Assembly (NCBI GenBank): GCA_017450465.1
Contig: JAFSUW010000003.1
Span: forward strand, 4,481-68,480
Direction of reading: 5' to 3'
DNA from: Clostridia bacterium
GTDB lineage: Bacteria; Bacillota; Clostridia; TANB77; RGIG9151
DNA length: 64,000 nucleotides
Shown: one piece after another, positions 31,853-42,079 of the stretch
Numbering within the stretch: position 1 is the first letter of the stretch
Layout of the letters: each line of letters begins with the position of its first letter
Notes under the pieces: generated by a model
Told to the model about the DNA's origin: nothing
The model's database searches: none
What the model saw: the letters and a program-made list of their open reading frames with translations, nothing else
Program-made: the position numbers and the translations under genes

Positions 31853-31929
31853 TGGTAGCGGCAGTCGGAGTCGAACCAACGACACTTCGGGTATGAACCG
31901 AATGCTCTAGCCAACTGAGCTATGCCGCC
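31853..31929 (-). tRNA. tRNA-Met (anticodon CAU; elongator-like)
   Basis: Reverse complement GGCGGCATAGCTCAGTTGGCTAGAGCATTCGGTTCATACCCGAAG...GGTTCGACTCCGACTGCCGCTACCA. Anticodon loop TTCATAC. Encoded CCA. Terminator hairpin CACGCAA-gtt-TTGCGTG plus T-run at 31818-31845. Confidence 0.8.
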
Positions 31930-32001
31930 GTAATCAAGTACCTTAATAGTATAACCATTTATAAGGAAATAGTCAAGTAGTTTTAGGAAAAAACATATAA
32001 A

Positions 32002-32301
32002 TCACATAAACCACAAATATATAATAGTTGCAATTTGAGCAATTAAAATCATTGGCATACCATACACGAAGGTATTGTGCTGTGTTTTATGTCTAAAAAA
32101 ATACATTCCCCATATTGAACCAATGCTACCGCCTATTAAAGCAATTGTAAATAGAGTTTTTTCCTTTGTACGCCACATACCATGTTGTGCTTTTGTTTTA
32201 TCTATTCCCATACTTAAAAAGCCCACCAAATTTATTACGAATAAATATAATATTACCATTCCAATGTTATCAAGTATTAAATCACGTATTGCTTCTGCCA
32301 T
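32002..32301 (-). CDS. DUF1294-family small membrane protein
   Basis: 99 aa. GIDKTKAQHGMWRTKEKTL motif typical of DUF1294. Two TM helices. Confidence 0.55.
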   Translation of the reverse strand: MAEAIRDLILDNIGMVILYLFVINLVGFLSMGIDKTKAQHGMWRTKEKTLFTIALIGGSIGSIWGMYFFRHKTQHNTFVYGMPMILIAQIATIIYLWFM

Positions 32302-32303
32302 TT

Positions 32304-33164
32304 TTACTCCTCCTCATTTATAGATAGCACCATGTAACTTCCATAATCGTCACTAGATGGTGCATTACTTACTATTCGATGTTCTAATGTACTTACCTTA
32401 TTAAAACCTCTTAGTTTGGCATATTCGAGTATTATTGAAAGTGCTTCCCTAGCATCTAAGTTTTTAGAATCTTTTTGCCTTAATTCTATTGTATCAAAAT
32501 TATTTACTAATTTTAATGTTTCTTCATCATACATAGCAGTATCTTGGTAATTTTGATAATGTGAAAAATCCATAGAACCAAGTATTAATATGTTCTTCTC
32601 TTGAGACAAATTATATAATACTTCTGATACTTTTGCTATATCATTTGTAGTCATTCTTTTCGTAAATAACATAGTTGTTACAGGTGTATCAGGGAAATAT
32701 TTTTTTATATACGGCATTAAAACCGATGCTGAATGGTCTTCTTCTACTATCTCATACTCTTCAATTACATTTTCAATTAAGCTATTCTTGATATATTCCT
32801 TTGTTTCAACGTCACCACGAACTACACCAAGCGTTGTATTAAAGTCTGCACTAGCAAGTAGCATTTTTCCTACTTTTGCTTTATGATTTATGCTAAGTAA
32901 AACTATAGAGTCATAATCATATTCTTTTGCAGTTTCAAGTGCAGATGCTGTCATATCCATTATACACTCGTTATGAGGAACTGTTATTGCAATTACTTTT
33001 CCTGGCACATCATATTTACTTGCTTTTGATAAGTTAGTTAAAAATAGTTTTTCATTATAATAGTTACAAGATAACATAATATTATTATGGTTATCTTTTA
33101 CACTTTCGGAAGCACAACTAGTAAATATCAATAAAATGATAAAAATATATATAATTTTTTTCAT
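32304..33164 (-). CDS. MEMO1/AmmeMemoRadiSam-B-like lipoprotein
   Basis: Lipobox FTSC. ITVPHNECIMDM and GSMDFSHYQ resemble Memo-family metal-site motifs. Confidence 0.45.
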   Translation of the reverse strand: MKKIIYIFIILLIFTSCASESVKDNHNNIMLSCNYYNEKLFLTNLSKASKYDVPGKVIAITVPHNECIMDMTASALETAKEYDYDSIVLLSINHKAKVGKMLLASADFNTTLGVVRGDVETKEYIKNSLIENVIEEYEIVEEDHSASVLMPYIKKYFPDTPVTTMLFTKRMTTNDIAKVSEVLYNLSQEKNILILGSMDFSHYQNYQDTAMYDEETLKLVNNFDTIELRQKDSKNLDAREALSIILEYAKLRGFNKVSTLEHRIVSNAPSSDDYGSYMVLSINEEE

Positions 33165-33182
33165 AAATTCTCCTATAAAACA

Positions 33183-33300
33183 AGGGCGGGCCAGGAAATG
33201 TGAGACCCCAAATGTGGGCGGGCCAGGAGACCCGCCCCTACATTTGGCTGGTCGAAGTTTCGTCGTTTACGACCGACCCGCCCCTACATTAGTTGTGAAA
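33183..33300. repeat. GC-rich compound repeat/hairpin: direct repeats GGGCGGGCCAGGA x2 and GACCCGCCCCTACATT x2, plus nested long hairpin
   Basis: AAATGTGGGCGGG...CCCGCCCCTACATTT stem read from sequence. Lies between convergent 3' and 5' ends of minus-strand genes. Confidence 0.6.
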
Positions 33301-33310
33301 GATTTAATTT

Positions 33311-36300
33311 CTATCGTTCATAAATTTCGTAACTACCTGCTGTTGAATAACCATGCGAATTATCTTCATAATTTTCTGCTACTGCACTATCTACATAATA
33401 ACTACCTGGTAATAAGTTTCTTACCGTATATGTAATAGTTGCTTCGTTACTATTCTTATAGTTGTTCTTATATACTTCAAAGTATAACTTCTGCCCTTCC
33501 TTATTTAACAAATACCAATTATTTGATGAATAACTTGAACCATTAGTATGTGTAAATCTCATACCTGTTGGTACGACATCAGATATCAAATATCTTGCAT
33601 TTTCAGAATTTGCTGGGAATTTAACGTTAATTGTTACTGTTACTTCGTCCCCAACATTTCTTCCACCTGAAATACTCTTTTTAATGCTTATCTTGTTTTC
33701 GTCTACAACGTCAGTTAAGTTTCCAAAGTAGAATGCTTTACATTTAACACCACTATGAGCCGTTACTTTGAAGCTATTTAAGTCATTTTCATTTAATACT
33801 AATCTATAAAATCTTTTGCCTGAAAAATCTACGTTTTCTTTTTCGCCGTTTAGTTTATATTCTAATGTACCTTTATGGTCTGTCTTAGGGTTAAATACCT
33901 TTAAGTAAGAAGCAAGGTCAAGAGCTGGAGTATACTTATCTGATTTATTATCTATAACATACCTTAAGAAATCTTTCATATCGGTATTATTACATTTAAT
34001 TAATGCAATTAGTAAACTTGAAGTTGCTTCATAGTTTTCATCGTTATTACCAATTTGGATATAACGTGAACCACTGTTTCCTTTAACACTACCACTTAAT
34101 AATTTTACATACCACTGCGTTGCTCCATTAATATCTCCAATGTATGCAAGACCAGATATTAAGTTTATATTATCTCTCATTGTAAATCCACTATTGTTAG
34201 TTAATAAATAATTTATATCATTTAATACTGGTTCTTTTAAGGCAGCAAGTCCAAAGTACGCTGCGCTTACTTCTTCACTTGTTGCATCTTTCTTAGCTAA
34301 TATGTTATTGAAATAATATTTAGCTTCTTTTGCATCTAAATACTCAGGCGCAATAGCACATAATTTTGCTGTAAATAATACATCTGCATCTGCATATGAA
34401 AGTATTTGTGCACCACCAGTATAAGATTGTATATCATTAAATTCTTCTATTTCGTAAATATCTTCACCTGCAAATGTATTAAATCTTTCATAAACAAGAT
34501 TTCTTGCTATTTTTTGGTCATTGGTTCTGCCCCAACTTGTTGCAAGTATTTTGCTTATGTTATCGTAATATAAACCGTTTTCTTCATTATAGAATGTTAA
34601 AGTTACAGGGAAACGTGCCGCTTCTATATCTAATGCTTTAGATAAATTTACATCACTTACTATAGGTATTTCATGTAATGACGAAAGTACTGTAATAGGT
34701 TTCTTTATACCATCTGTATAATTTCCAGCAGCCACTTTAACACTTACATCGTAAGTACCTTCAGGTAATTTCCCAAAATTAAATACTGCTATATCATTTT
34801 TATTTTTTGTTAATTCAATTTCTTGATCTTTACCATTACCACTGATTTTTGCAACATATTTTACATCATCAGGTACATTTTTCTTGTCACTACCAGCTAT
34901 TCTTGCAGTAAATACAACATCATCATCTTTTGCATATTTTGTATTTATTACTTGGTTAACAAAGAATGGCAACCCGCAAGTTATATTTTTAGTAGCAGAA
35001 CCTGCACGAATGTTGTCTGTAATACCAACAGCAGTTATTCTCCAAGAAGTTAAATTGTCTGGTAATTTAAATGATGCAGTTGTCTTTCCGTTACTACCAG
35101 TAGTTATGTTGATAAAGGCTGCAGTATCTGCAAAATCACTTCTATAACCTTCATCGCCACCTTCACCACCTGCTTCTGCAGTAGTGTAATTTCTTCTTAT
35201 TACATTTGAAACATATTGAGTAACACTATGATAATCGTATGAATATAATCTAGATAAAACATATACTTCTTGATTTCTTATGGCAAATGCTGCTTCATCT
35301 ACAACACTCATTATAAGTTTTGTTTTAGCATATTTCCCGCTTTTATCTTTTGCTTCTACTGTCATATTTACTGTATCTCCAGGATTATATGCTTCTTTAT
35401 CAGTTGAAATTGTAATATCTAAACTTCTATCATTATATTCAAAATATACATGTCTATCACTTAATGCATAAACATTTTTACCATCAAAGTATGCTCCTGC
35501 TACTCCAATATCTGGAACATATTCTTCCTTAAAGGTAAATGAAATTTCATCTTTATTTGTAACTGCACTTTCTAGCAAAGTATCATTATATAATGTGTAC
35601 AATATTTTGCCATCATTAGTAATACGATTACCTTTTTTATTAAGGAATAATTTTACTTCATCTTTTACAGAATATGTCCATTCATCATTTTCAGTACTTA
35701 ATGAATAATAATCTCCATAATAGTAATCATCATCATCATAGTACGCTGAATCATATTTAAACCAATTATAAAGAGTTGTCTTACCTTTAAATCCATCTTT
35801 TAAGGTATATTCTAATTCTGCAGTATACCATACATTCTTTTCATCAGGATATGTAGTAGTAATTTTAGTTTCACCATTTACAGTAAACGGAATTGTATCA
35901 ATGGTAGTTGTTTCAGTTCTATAATTATATTTTTTACGATTTACTCTATTAATATAGTCATAGTATTCTCCTGCTTCTTCTCTAATTGACTCATGTTTTA
36001 TTACTTTTATAGTACCTGTTGCAGTTGATCCTGCACCTTTTAACTTATCGTAATTGCCATAAGTATATTCATCCCATTTTCCAAAATTGATACTATTAGT
36101 TGATAATGTAATTTCATTATTTACCCAATCTGCTTCAAACATATAGTTTGAAGGGAAAAATGTTGCATAGCACTCAGTCCATGCATTATTCTCGTCATCT
36201 CCAGTGGTACTAATCTCTTGCCATATAGTAGTTGGATGCCAAGAAGTAGCCGGATATCTAAATGCACTATTTTGTAAAACTCTTGTTACTTCTTTTGTTC

Positions 36301-38065
36301 CAAATTTATCGAGTGTAACATCTTTACTTTCTCCATTAGAATATACACTCACTTCTAAACCATCTGCTGGAGTTCCATCATAAAAAGTGCCTGTTATAGT
36401 TGTTTTAGCTGTTTCTCCTTCTTTATAATATTTTTTATCAAATGAAGCACTTAAAATATATGTTGGTTTAGTATATTCTGTTATTTCAATAGATTTCATA
36501 AAAATCTCTTTATCATTTATCTTCATATCTATATCATAATAGTTAGAAACTATTTTTGAAAATTCAAAATTACCAACAAATGTTCCATCAGAGTTTATAT
36601 TTACTTTTTGTGTAGCGATATCACTAAAGGCAATATCTACTGTTTTTGGAGCAACAGCACTACTCTTCTTTGGCAAAATTACTCCCCAAAAATTTATCTT
36701 ATCGGTTGGTAAATATACTTCTCTATCAGTATAAAAATAAGTATAGTATAAGTCATTTAAGGTTTCTTCTTCTTTATCTTCTAAATAAATATATTCTGCA
36801 AAACGCTTACCATCAGTAGATGTTACATATAATGGTACACATTTCCCAGGTGTGTAATAAAAAATTGCAACACCATTTTCATTAGTTTTAGCACTCATAG
36901 TATCAAGCTTAACTGTAGCATTTGCAACAGGTGCTCCTGTTACACTATCATTACACCATATTACCGTACTACCTGAACCACTTTGAACATAAGTTACAAT
37001 ATCTGTGATTTGTAAACATAATTGCATATGTTGATTTTTTAACTTACCAACGCCTTCGCCAGTTTTTATATCTACCACATAATAACCTGCAGGTAGTGGC
37101 TCTGGGAATACAATCATTCTTGAATAATCATAATCACTTTCATTCTCATCAATAAGTTTAGTTTCGAAATGAAGTGCTGATTTCAAACCTTCAATTGATA
37201 TTTTATCCGATACTTGTTCGATGTATTGTTCTGGCATACCCACATTATATACATCAACAAAAAATGTTTCGTTTCTCCAATCAGTATAGCTTGTACCACC
37301 TATATCTATAATAGGAGTTTCTTTTGTTGAATAAGAAATGTTGTCTTCATTTAATAAATATAACTGCGTTCCACTATTACCCGTATATTCTTTCGAAGTT
37401 GTAAATGAATATATATAATCTTTTCCAAGTTCAGTGCCATCTATTGCCTTATAGTTTGGCGAAATTGTTATTTCATACTTTGTAGAATACGTTAATGATT
37501 CAGAAGGTATAAAGCAAACCTTCTTACCTATTATTTCAAATTTACCATTTACTTTTGGTGAAATTGTAAAGAATCCTGACATATCTGTAGGAACTTTTGA
37601 AAAATACATCTCAATTCCTGTATTTATTGGCACACCAGTACGTTCATCTGCAGGCAAAGTTGATGTTACTTTGAAATCTGCTTTTGTTTGGAATGCCCAA
37701 GAAAGACCTGGTTCTTCTTCGGACTCAGTATATATATTATAAACTGTGTTATCTGCAAGTGCTACCTTTGGCTTTAAGTAATAATTTCCACTACCTTTTT
37801 TAGTGATATCAAAATCTACAGTAGGTGAAATTTTTATTACTTTTTCTAGTTCGTCTACTGGATAATCTTCATTAGAACTAATGTAAAACCCCGTACCTAC
37901 ATCAATACCAGCATTTGTATCGTTTTCTGCTACGACTGTAAATTTATAATTTTTTGCTACTTCTATAACATTGTTTACGTTTTTGAATAGTATTGTTGAT
38001 ACTGCAATCATGACTATTAGCACAACTACTCCTGCACCAATCAAAACTTTTTTCTTAAGATCCAT
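33311..38065 (-). CDS. giant (1584 aa) membrane-anchored alpha-2-macroglobulin-like surface protein, thioester motif not seen
   Basis: N-terminal TM anchor. LPDNLTSWRITAVG matches the conserved A2M-family motif (LPDsITtW...). Long run of beta-rich MG-like repeats. No CxEQ found on reading. GGGGAGGA RBS 37 nt after murD stop. Confidence 0.5.
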   Translation of the reverse strand: MDLKKKVLIGAGVVVLIVMIAVSTILFKNVNNVIEVAKNYKFTVVAENDTNAGIDVGTGFYISSNEDYPVDELEKVIKISPTVDFDITKKGSGNYYLKPKVALADNTVYNIYTESEEEPGLSWAFQTKADFKVTSTLPADERTGVPINTGIEMYFSKVPTDMSGFFTISPKVNGKFEIIGKKVCFIPSESLTYSTKYEITISPNYKAIDGTELGKDYIYSFTTSKEYTGNSGTQLYLLNEDNISYSTKETPIIDIGGTSYTDWRNETFFVDVYNVGMPEQYIEQVSDKISIEGLKSALHFETKLIDENESDYDYSRMIVFPEPLPAGYYVVDIKTGEGVGKLKNQHMQLCLQITDIVTYVQSGSGSTVIWCNDSVTGAPVANATVKLDTMSAKTNENGVAIFYYTPGKCVPLYVTSTDGKRFAEYIYLEDKEEETLNDLYYTYFYTDREVYLPTDKINFWGVILPKKSSAVAPKTVDIAFSDIATQKVNINSDGTFVGNFEFSKIVSNYYDIDMKINDKEIFMKSIEITEYTKPTYILSASFDKKYYKEGETAKTTITGTFYDGTPADGLEVSVYSNGESKDVTLDKFGTKEVTRVLQNSAFRYPATSWHPTTIWQEISTTGDDENNAWTECYATFFPSNYMFEADWVNNEITLSTNSINFGKWDEYTYGNYDKLKGAGSTATGTIKVIKHESIREEAGEYYDYINRVNRKKYNYRTETTTIDTIPFTVNGETKITTTYPDEKNVWYTAELEYTLKDGFKGKTTLYNWFKYDSAYYDDDDYYYGDYYSLSTENDEWTYSVKDEVKLFLNKKGNRITNDGKILYTLYNDTLLESAVTNKDEISFTFKEEYVPDIGVAGAYFDGKNVYALSDRHVYFEYNDRSLDITISTDKEAYNPGDTVNMTVEAKDKSGKYAKTKLIMSVVDEAAFAIRNQEVYVLSRLYSYDYHSVTQYVSNVIRRNYTTAEAGGEGGDEGYRSDFADTAAFINITTGSNGKTTASFKLPDNLTSWRITAVGITDNIRAGSATKNITCGLPFFVNQVINTKYAKDDDVVFTARIAGSDKKNVPDDVKYVAKISGNGKDQEIELTKNKNDIAVFNFGKLPEGTYDVSVKVAAGNYTDGIKKPITVLSSLHEIPIVSDVNLSKALDIEAARFPVTLTFYNEENGLYYDNISKILATSWGRTNDQKIARNLVYERFNTFAGEDIYEIEEFNDIQSYTGGAQILSYADADVLFTAKLCAIAPEYLDAKEAKYYFNNILAKKDATSEEVSAAYFGLAALKEPVLNDINYLLTNNSGFTMRDNINLISGLAYIGDINGATQWYVKLLSGSVKGNSGSRYIQIGNNDENYEATSSLLIALIKCNNTDMKDFLRYVIDNKSDKYTPALDLASYLKVFNPKTDHKGTLEYKLNGEKENVDFSGKRFYRLVLNENDLNSFKVTAHSGVKCKAFYFGNLTDVVDENKISIKKSISGGRNVGDEVTVTINVKFPANSENARYLISDVVPTGMRFTHTNGSSYSSNNWYLLNKEGQKLYFEVYKNNYKNSNEATITYTVRNLLPGSYYVDSAVAENYEDNSHGYSTAGSYEIYER

Positions 38066-38102
38066 TTTTTATCCTCCCCTTCAAGATTTATATCGGAAAA
38101 AA

Positions 38103-39440
38103 TTATAGATTATTAATTACTCTTTTAAAATCTTCTCCACGGTCTTCAAACTTCTTGTATTGGTCCCATGAAGCACATGCAGGGCTAAGTAAAATTGTGT
38201 CCCCACTTGACGCATGATTATATGCAGCAGTAGTTGCTTCTTCTAGTGTCTCTACTACTATACAATCCATTTTTATATTATCTGCAAATTCTTTAATTCT
38301 TTCTTTAGTCTGGCCATAGCAAACTATTAATTTAGTATTTTTTAAGTAACTTACAAGCCCTTCAAATGAATGACCGCGGTCAAGTCCACCAAGTAATAAA
38401 ATTGTAGGTGTGTTAAACGAACTAAGCGCGATTTGTGTAGATTTTATATTGGTTGCCTTAGAGTCATTGTAAAATGCGATGCCATTTTTAGTTGTTACAT
38501 ATTCAAGTCTATGCTCTACACCCTTAAACTCTTTTAAAACTTCGTTTATTACATCATTTGAAACGTTAAACTGCTTTACTACCATTATTGCACACATTAT
38601 ATTTTCATAGTTGTGATTGCCTTTTAATAAGATATCTTTTAATGCAATTACTTTTTCGCCTTTATAACATATATAACCGTCTTCTATATATGCATCCTTT
38701 TTACTTGATATTGAAAAATATTCTTTAGTAGAAGGAATTTTGTTATCATATTCCATAGAATCTTTATCATCAAAATTTAATATACCGATGTCATTTTTAG
38801 TATGTCTATTAAAAATCTTAACTTTTTGATTTTTATAATTTTCGTAAGTACCGAAATGATCAAGATGTACTTCACTTAAATTTGTAAGTACACTTATATC
38901 TGTTTTGAAATTAATAATATCATTTAATTGGTGCGAAGATATTTCTAATACCAGTGTATCTCCTTCTTTTACATTACCAATTAATGATGATACTGGATAA
39001 CCAATATTACCGCCTAAAACAACAGGAAGACCTGCTCTTTTCATTATTTCATAAGTAATAGTTGTAGTAGTTGTTTTACCATTAGAACCTGTTATGCCGA
39101 CTATTTTTACGTTATTAGGAAGTAAGCTATATGCCACTTCTACTTCGTTTGTAACTGGTATATTTAGCTTATTTGCTTTAATACAAACAATGTGATTTGG
39201 ATGAACACCAGGATTTTTAATTACATAATCAAATGAATCATCTAGTAAATCTTCTGGTTTGTCTGTTAATACAAATTTAATTCCTAAACTTTCGAGTTCT
39301 TTTACATGATCTTCATCTTGTTCCTTAAAATCTGTAATTAAGATTTCATTATTGTAGTTATGAAGTAACTTTGCTGCTGCATAACCGCTCTTTGCCATAC
39401 CAAGAATAAAAATCTTTTTGTTTTCAAACATAATTATCAC
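38103..39440 (-). CDS. murD: UDP-N-acetylmuramoylalanine--D-glutamate ligase
   Basis: N-terminal Rossmann KIFILGMAKSGYAAAKLL, Mur ligase P-loop GITGSNGKTTTT. 445 aa. Confidence 0.8.
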   Translation of the reverse strand: MIIMFENKKIFILGMAKSGYAAAKLLHNYNNEILITDFKEQDEDHVKELESLGIKFVLTDKPEDLLDDSFDYVIKNPGVHPNHIVCIKANKLNIPVTNEVEVAYSLLPNNVKIVGITGSNGKTTTTTITYEIMKRAGLPVVLGGNIGYPVSSLIGNVKEGDTLVLEISSHQLNDIINFKTDISVLTNLSEVHLDHFGTYENYKNQKVKIFNRHTKNDIGILNFDDKDSMEYDNKIPSTKEYFSISSKKDAYIEDGYICYKGEKVIALKDILLKGNHNYENIMCAIMVVKQFNVSNDVINEVLKEFKGVEHRLEYVTTKNGIAFYNDSKATNIKSTQIALSSFNTPTILLLGGLDRGHSFEGLVSYLKNTKLIVCYGQTKERIKEFADNIKMDCIVVETLEEATTAAYNHASSGDTILLSPACASWDQYKKFEDRGEDFKRVINNL

Positions 39441-39462
39441 CCTTTTAATAAATTTTGTTAAA

Positions 39463-42054
39463 TTATAATTTTTCTTTTAACCTATACAAAATATTTAACG
39501 AATCAATTGGTGTAACTCCATTTAAGTCAAGTTTTTCTAATTCTGTTGCTATTGCTGCACCTTTATAATTAAATAAATCAACTTGACCAGAAACAAATGT
39601 ATTTGTCTTCTTATTAATTTCTTTGGTATTTTTCTTATTAATGTCTGAATCTTCAAGTTGTTTTAATACTTCTTTTGCTCTATTTACAACAGCATATGGT
39701 ACACCAGCTAACTTTGCTACATGGATACCATAACTACCATCTGCACCGCCACGAATTATCTTTCTAAGGAAAATTACGTCATCTCCCTTTTCTTTAACTG
39801 AAATACAATAATTTTTTACATTACTTATTTTATTCTCAAGCTCAGTAATTTCGTGATAATGAGTCGCAAAAAGTGTTCTTGCACCAATAGTTTCACTCAT
39901 ATATTCAATAACTGACCATGCGATACTTAAACCATCAAAAGTACTTGTCCCACGACCAATTTCATCAAGTATAACCAAACTTTTTTTAGTTGCATTATTT
40001 AATATATTTGCTACTTCAGTCATCTCAACCATAAAAGTAGATTGACCCATAGCAAGATCGTCTGATGCTCCAACCCTTGTAAAAATTCTATCTGTGATTC
40101 CTATATGTGCTGCTGTGGCAGGGACGAAACTTCCTATTTGAGACATAAGTGTAATAAGTGCAACCTGTCGCATATACGTAGATTTACCAGCCATATTTGG
40201 TCCAGTAATAATATTTATTGTATTATCTTCTAAATCAAGTACCGTATCATTTGGTATAAATTCGCCTTCAGCTAACATTTTTTCTACTACTGGATGTCTT
40301 CCATCAGTTATTTCTATCACATTACTATCATCAACAACTGGTTTTGCATAATTATTTTTTTCAGCCGTTTCTGTAAGCGATATAATCGCATCTAAATTTG
40401 CAACCGATGCTGCTGTTCTTTGTAAACGTTCAACCTGCTTTGCTATATATTCACGAATTTTTGTAAATTCCTCGTACTCAAGTAATATTACTTTCTCTTC
40501 AGCACCAAGGATTGTTTCTTCCATCTCTTTTAGTTCTGGAATAATATATCTTTCACCTGTGGTTAAGGTTTGTTTTCTAATATAATTTGCAGGTACTTGA
40601 CTTAGGTTTGATTTAGTTACTTCTATATAGTAGCCAAACACTTTGTTAAAACTGATTTTTAAGTTCTTTATTCCTGTATTTTCACGTTCTCTTGCCTCTA
40701 ATTCAGCAAGCCACGTTTTACCATTGTTACCTGCATTTTTAAGTTTATCTATTTCAGCATTATAGCCCTTTTTAATAATTCCGCCTTCTTTTACTGAAAT
40801 AGGTGGTTCTTCTTCTATTGCCTTTTCAATTAAATCACGAACATCCGTAAGTAAGTCAAAATTATCAAGCAATTTATTTATGAATGCATCGTCTATCGTT
40901 TTTAATAGTTCTAAAAGGCCGGGTAATTGATTGAGCGAAAGCTTTAATGCAATTAAATCTCTAGCATTTGAACTGCCATACACAACTTTACCTGTAAGTC
41001 GTTCTATATCATATATTTTATTCAATTTTTCAATAATATCCGCCCTAAGTATAGGGTCTTTTTTTAGTGTTTCAATACAGTTTAATCGCTCATTTATTTT
41101 ATTTACATCAATAAGTGGCATATCAACCCATGAACGAAGCATTCTTGCACCCATTGCTGTATTTGTATTGTCTAAAACCCAAAGAAGTGTTCCTTTTTTA
41201 CTTTTATCACGCATTGTTTCAGTAATTTCAAGATTTCTTCTTGTAGATATATCAAGTGTCATGTATCTATCTGTACTATAAACTTGCAATTTATTAATAT
41301 GCTCAAGATTAGATTTTTGAATTTCTTCTAAATATTTAAGTAAAATTCCTGTTGCAATATATCCGCTAGACATTTTTTCTTGTTCGATAAAATTATCGAT
41401 ATGTTGTTTTATTTTTGAAAGACAAATATCTCTGTTATATTCTTCTTCATTAAATTTTGAAATATAACTATTAAAACGTTTTTTAACTGCACTTATTTCA
41501 GCAGAATCAAAAAATGCCTCATTTACAACAATTTCAGATGGACTAAGTCTTGCTAGTTCATCAAGCATTGTAGATATTGCATTAACACCACTTAGCTCTG
41601 TACACATAAGTTCACCTGTTGTAACATCTGCAAAAGCAAATCCAATATAATTTGCTATTTTATATATTGAAACAATATAGTTATTTTTTCTTTCATCAAG
41701 CATAGCAGACTCTGTTACAGTACCAGGAGTTACTATTCTTGTAATTTCTCTTTTTACTAAACCTTTGGCTAGTTTTGGGTCTTCCATTTGCTCACAAATA
41801 GCTACTTTATAACCTTTTTTTATAAGACGAACAAGATAATTTTCAATTGCATGATAAGGAATACCGCACATAGGTGCACGTTCTTCTTGCCCACAATCTT
41901 TACCTGTTAATGTAAGTTCTAATTCTCTTGATACAGTAATTGCATCATCAAAAAACATTTCGTAAAAATCACCTAAACGAAACATAAGGATTGAGTCTTT
42001 ATTTTCAGATTTTATTTTTAAGTATTGTTTCATCATCGGTGTAAACTCTGCCAT
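39463..42054 (-). CDS. mutS: DNA mismatch repair protein MutS
   Basis: N-terminal TPMMKQYLKIKSE...GDFYE mismatch-binding motif. Walker A GPNMAGKST. 863 aa. Confidence 0.9.
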   Translation of the reverse strand: MAEFTPMMKQYLKIKSENKDSILMFRLGDFYEMFFDDAITVSRELELTLTGKDCGQEERAPMCGIPYHAIENYLVRLIKKGYKVAICEQMEDPKLAKGLVKREITRIVTPGTVTESAMLDERKNNYIVSIYKIANYIGFAFADVTTGELMCTELSGVNAISTMLDELARLSPSEIVVNEAFFDSAEISAVKKRFNSYISKFNEEEYNRDICLSKIKQHIDNFIEQEKMSSGYIATGILLKYLEEIQKSNLEHINKLQVYSTDRYMTLDISTRRNLEITETMRDKSKKGTLLWVLDNTNTAMGARMLRSWVDMPLIDVNKINERLNCIETLKKDPILRADIIEKLNKIYDIERLTGKVVYGSSNARDLIALKLSLNQLPGLLELLKTIDDAFINKLLDNFDLLTDVRDLIEKAIEEEPPISVKEGGIIKKGYNAEIDKLKNAGNNGKTWLAELEARERENTGIKNLKISFNKVFGYYIEVTKSNLSQVPANYIRKQTLTTGERYIIPELKEMEETILGAEEKVILLEYEEFTKIREYIAKQVERLQRTAASVANLDAIISLTETAEKNNYAKPVVDDSNVIEITDGRHPVVEKMLAEGEFIPNDTVLDLEDNTINIITGPNMAGKSTYMRQVALITLMSQIGSFVPATAAHIGITDRIFTRVGASDDLAMGQSTFMVEMTEVANILNNATKKSLVILDEIGRGTSTFDGLSIAWSVIEYMSETIGARTLFATHYHEITELENKISNVKNYCISVKEKGDDVIFLRKIIRGGADGSYGIHVAKLAGVPYAVVNRAKEVLKQLEDSDINKKNTKEINKKTNTFVSGQVDLFNYKGAAIATELEKLDLNGVTPIDSLNILYRLKEKL

Positions 42055-42079
42055 AGTAAACTCCCTTTCTTTTGCTACA

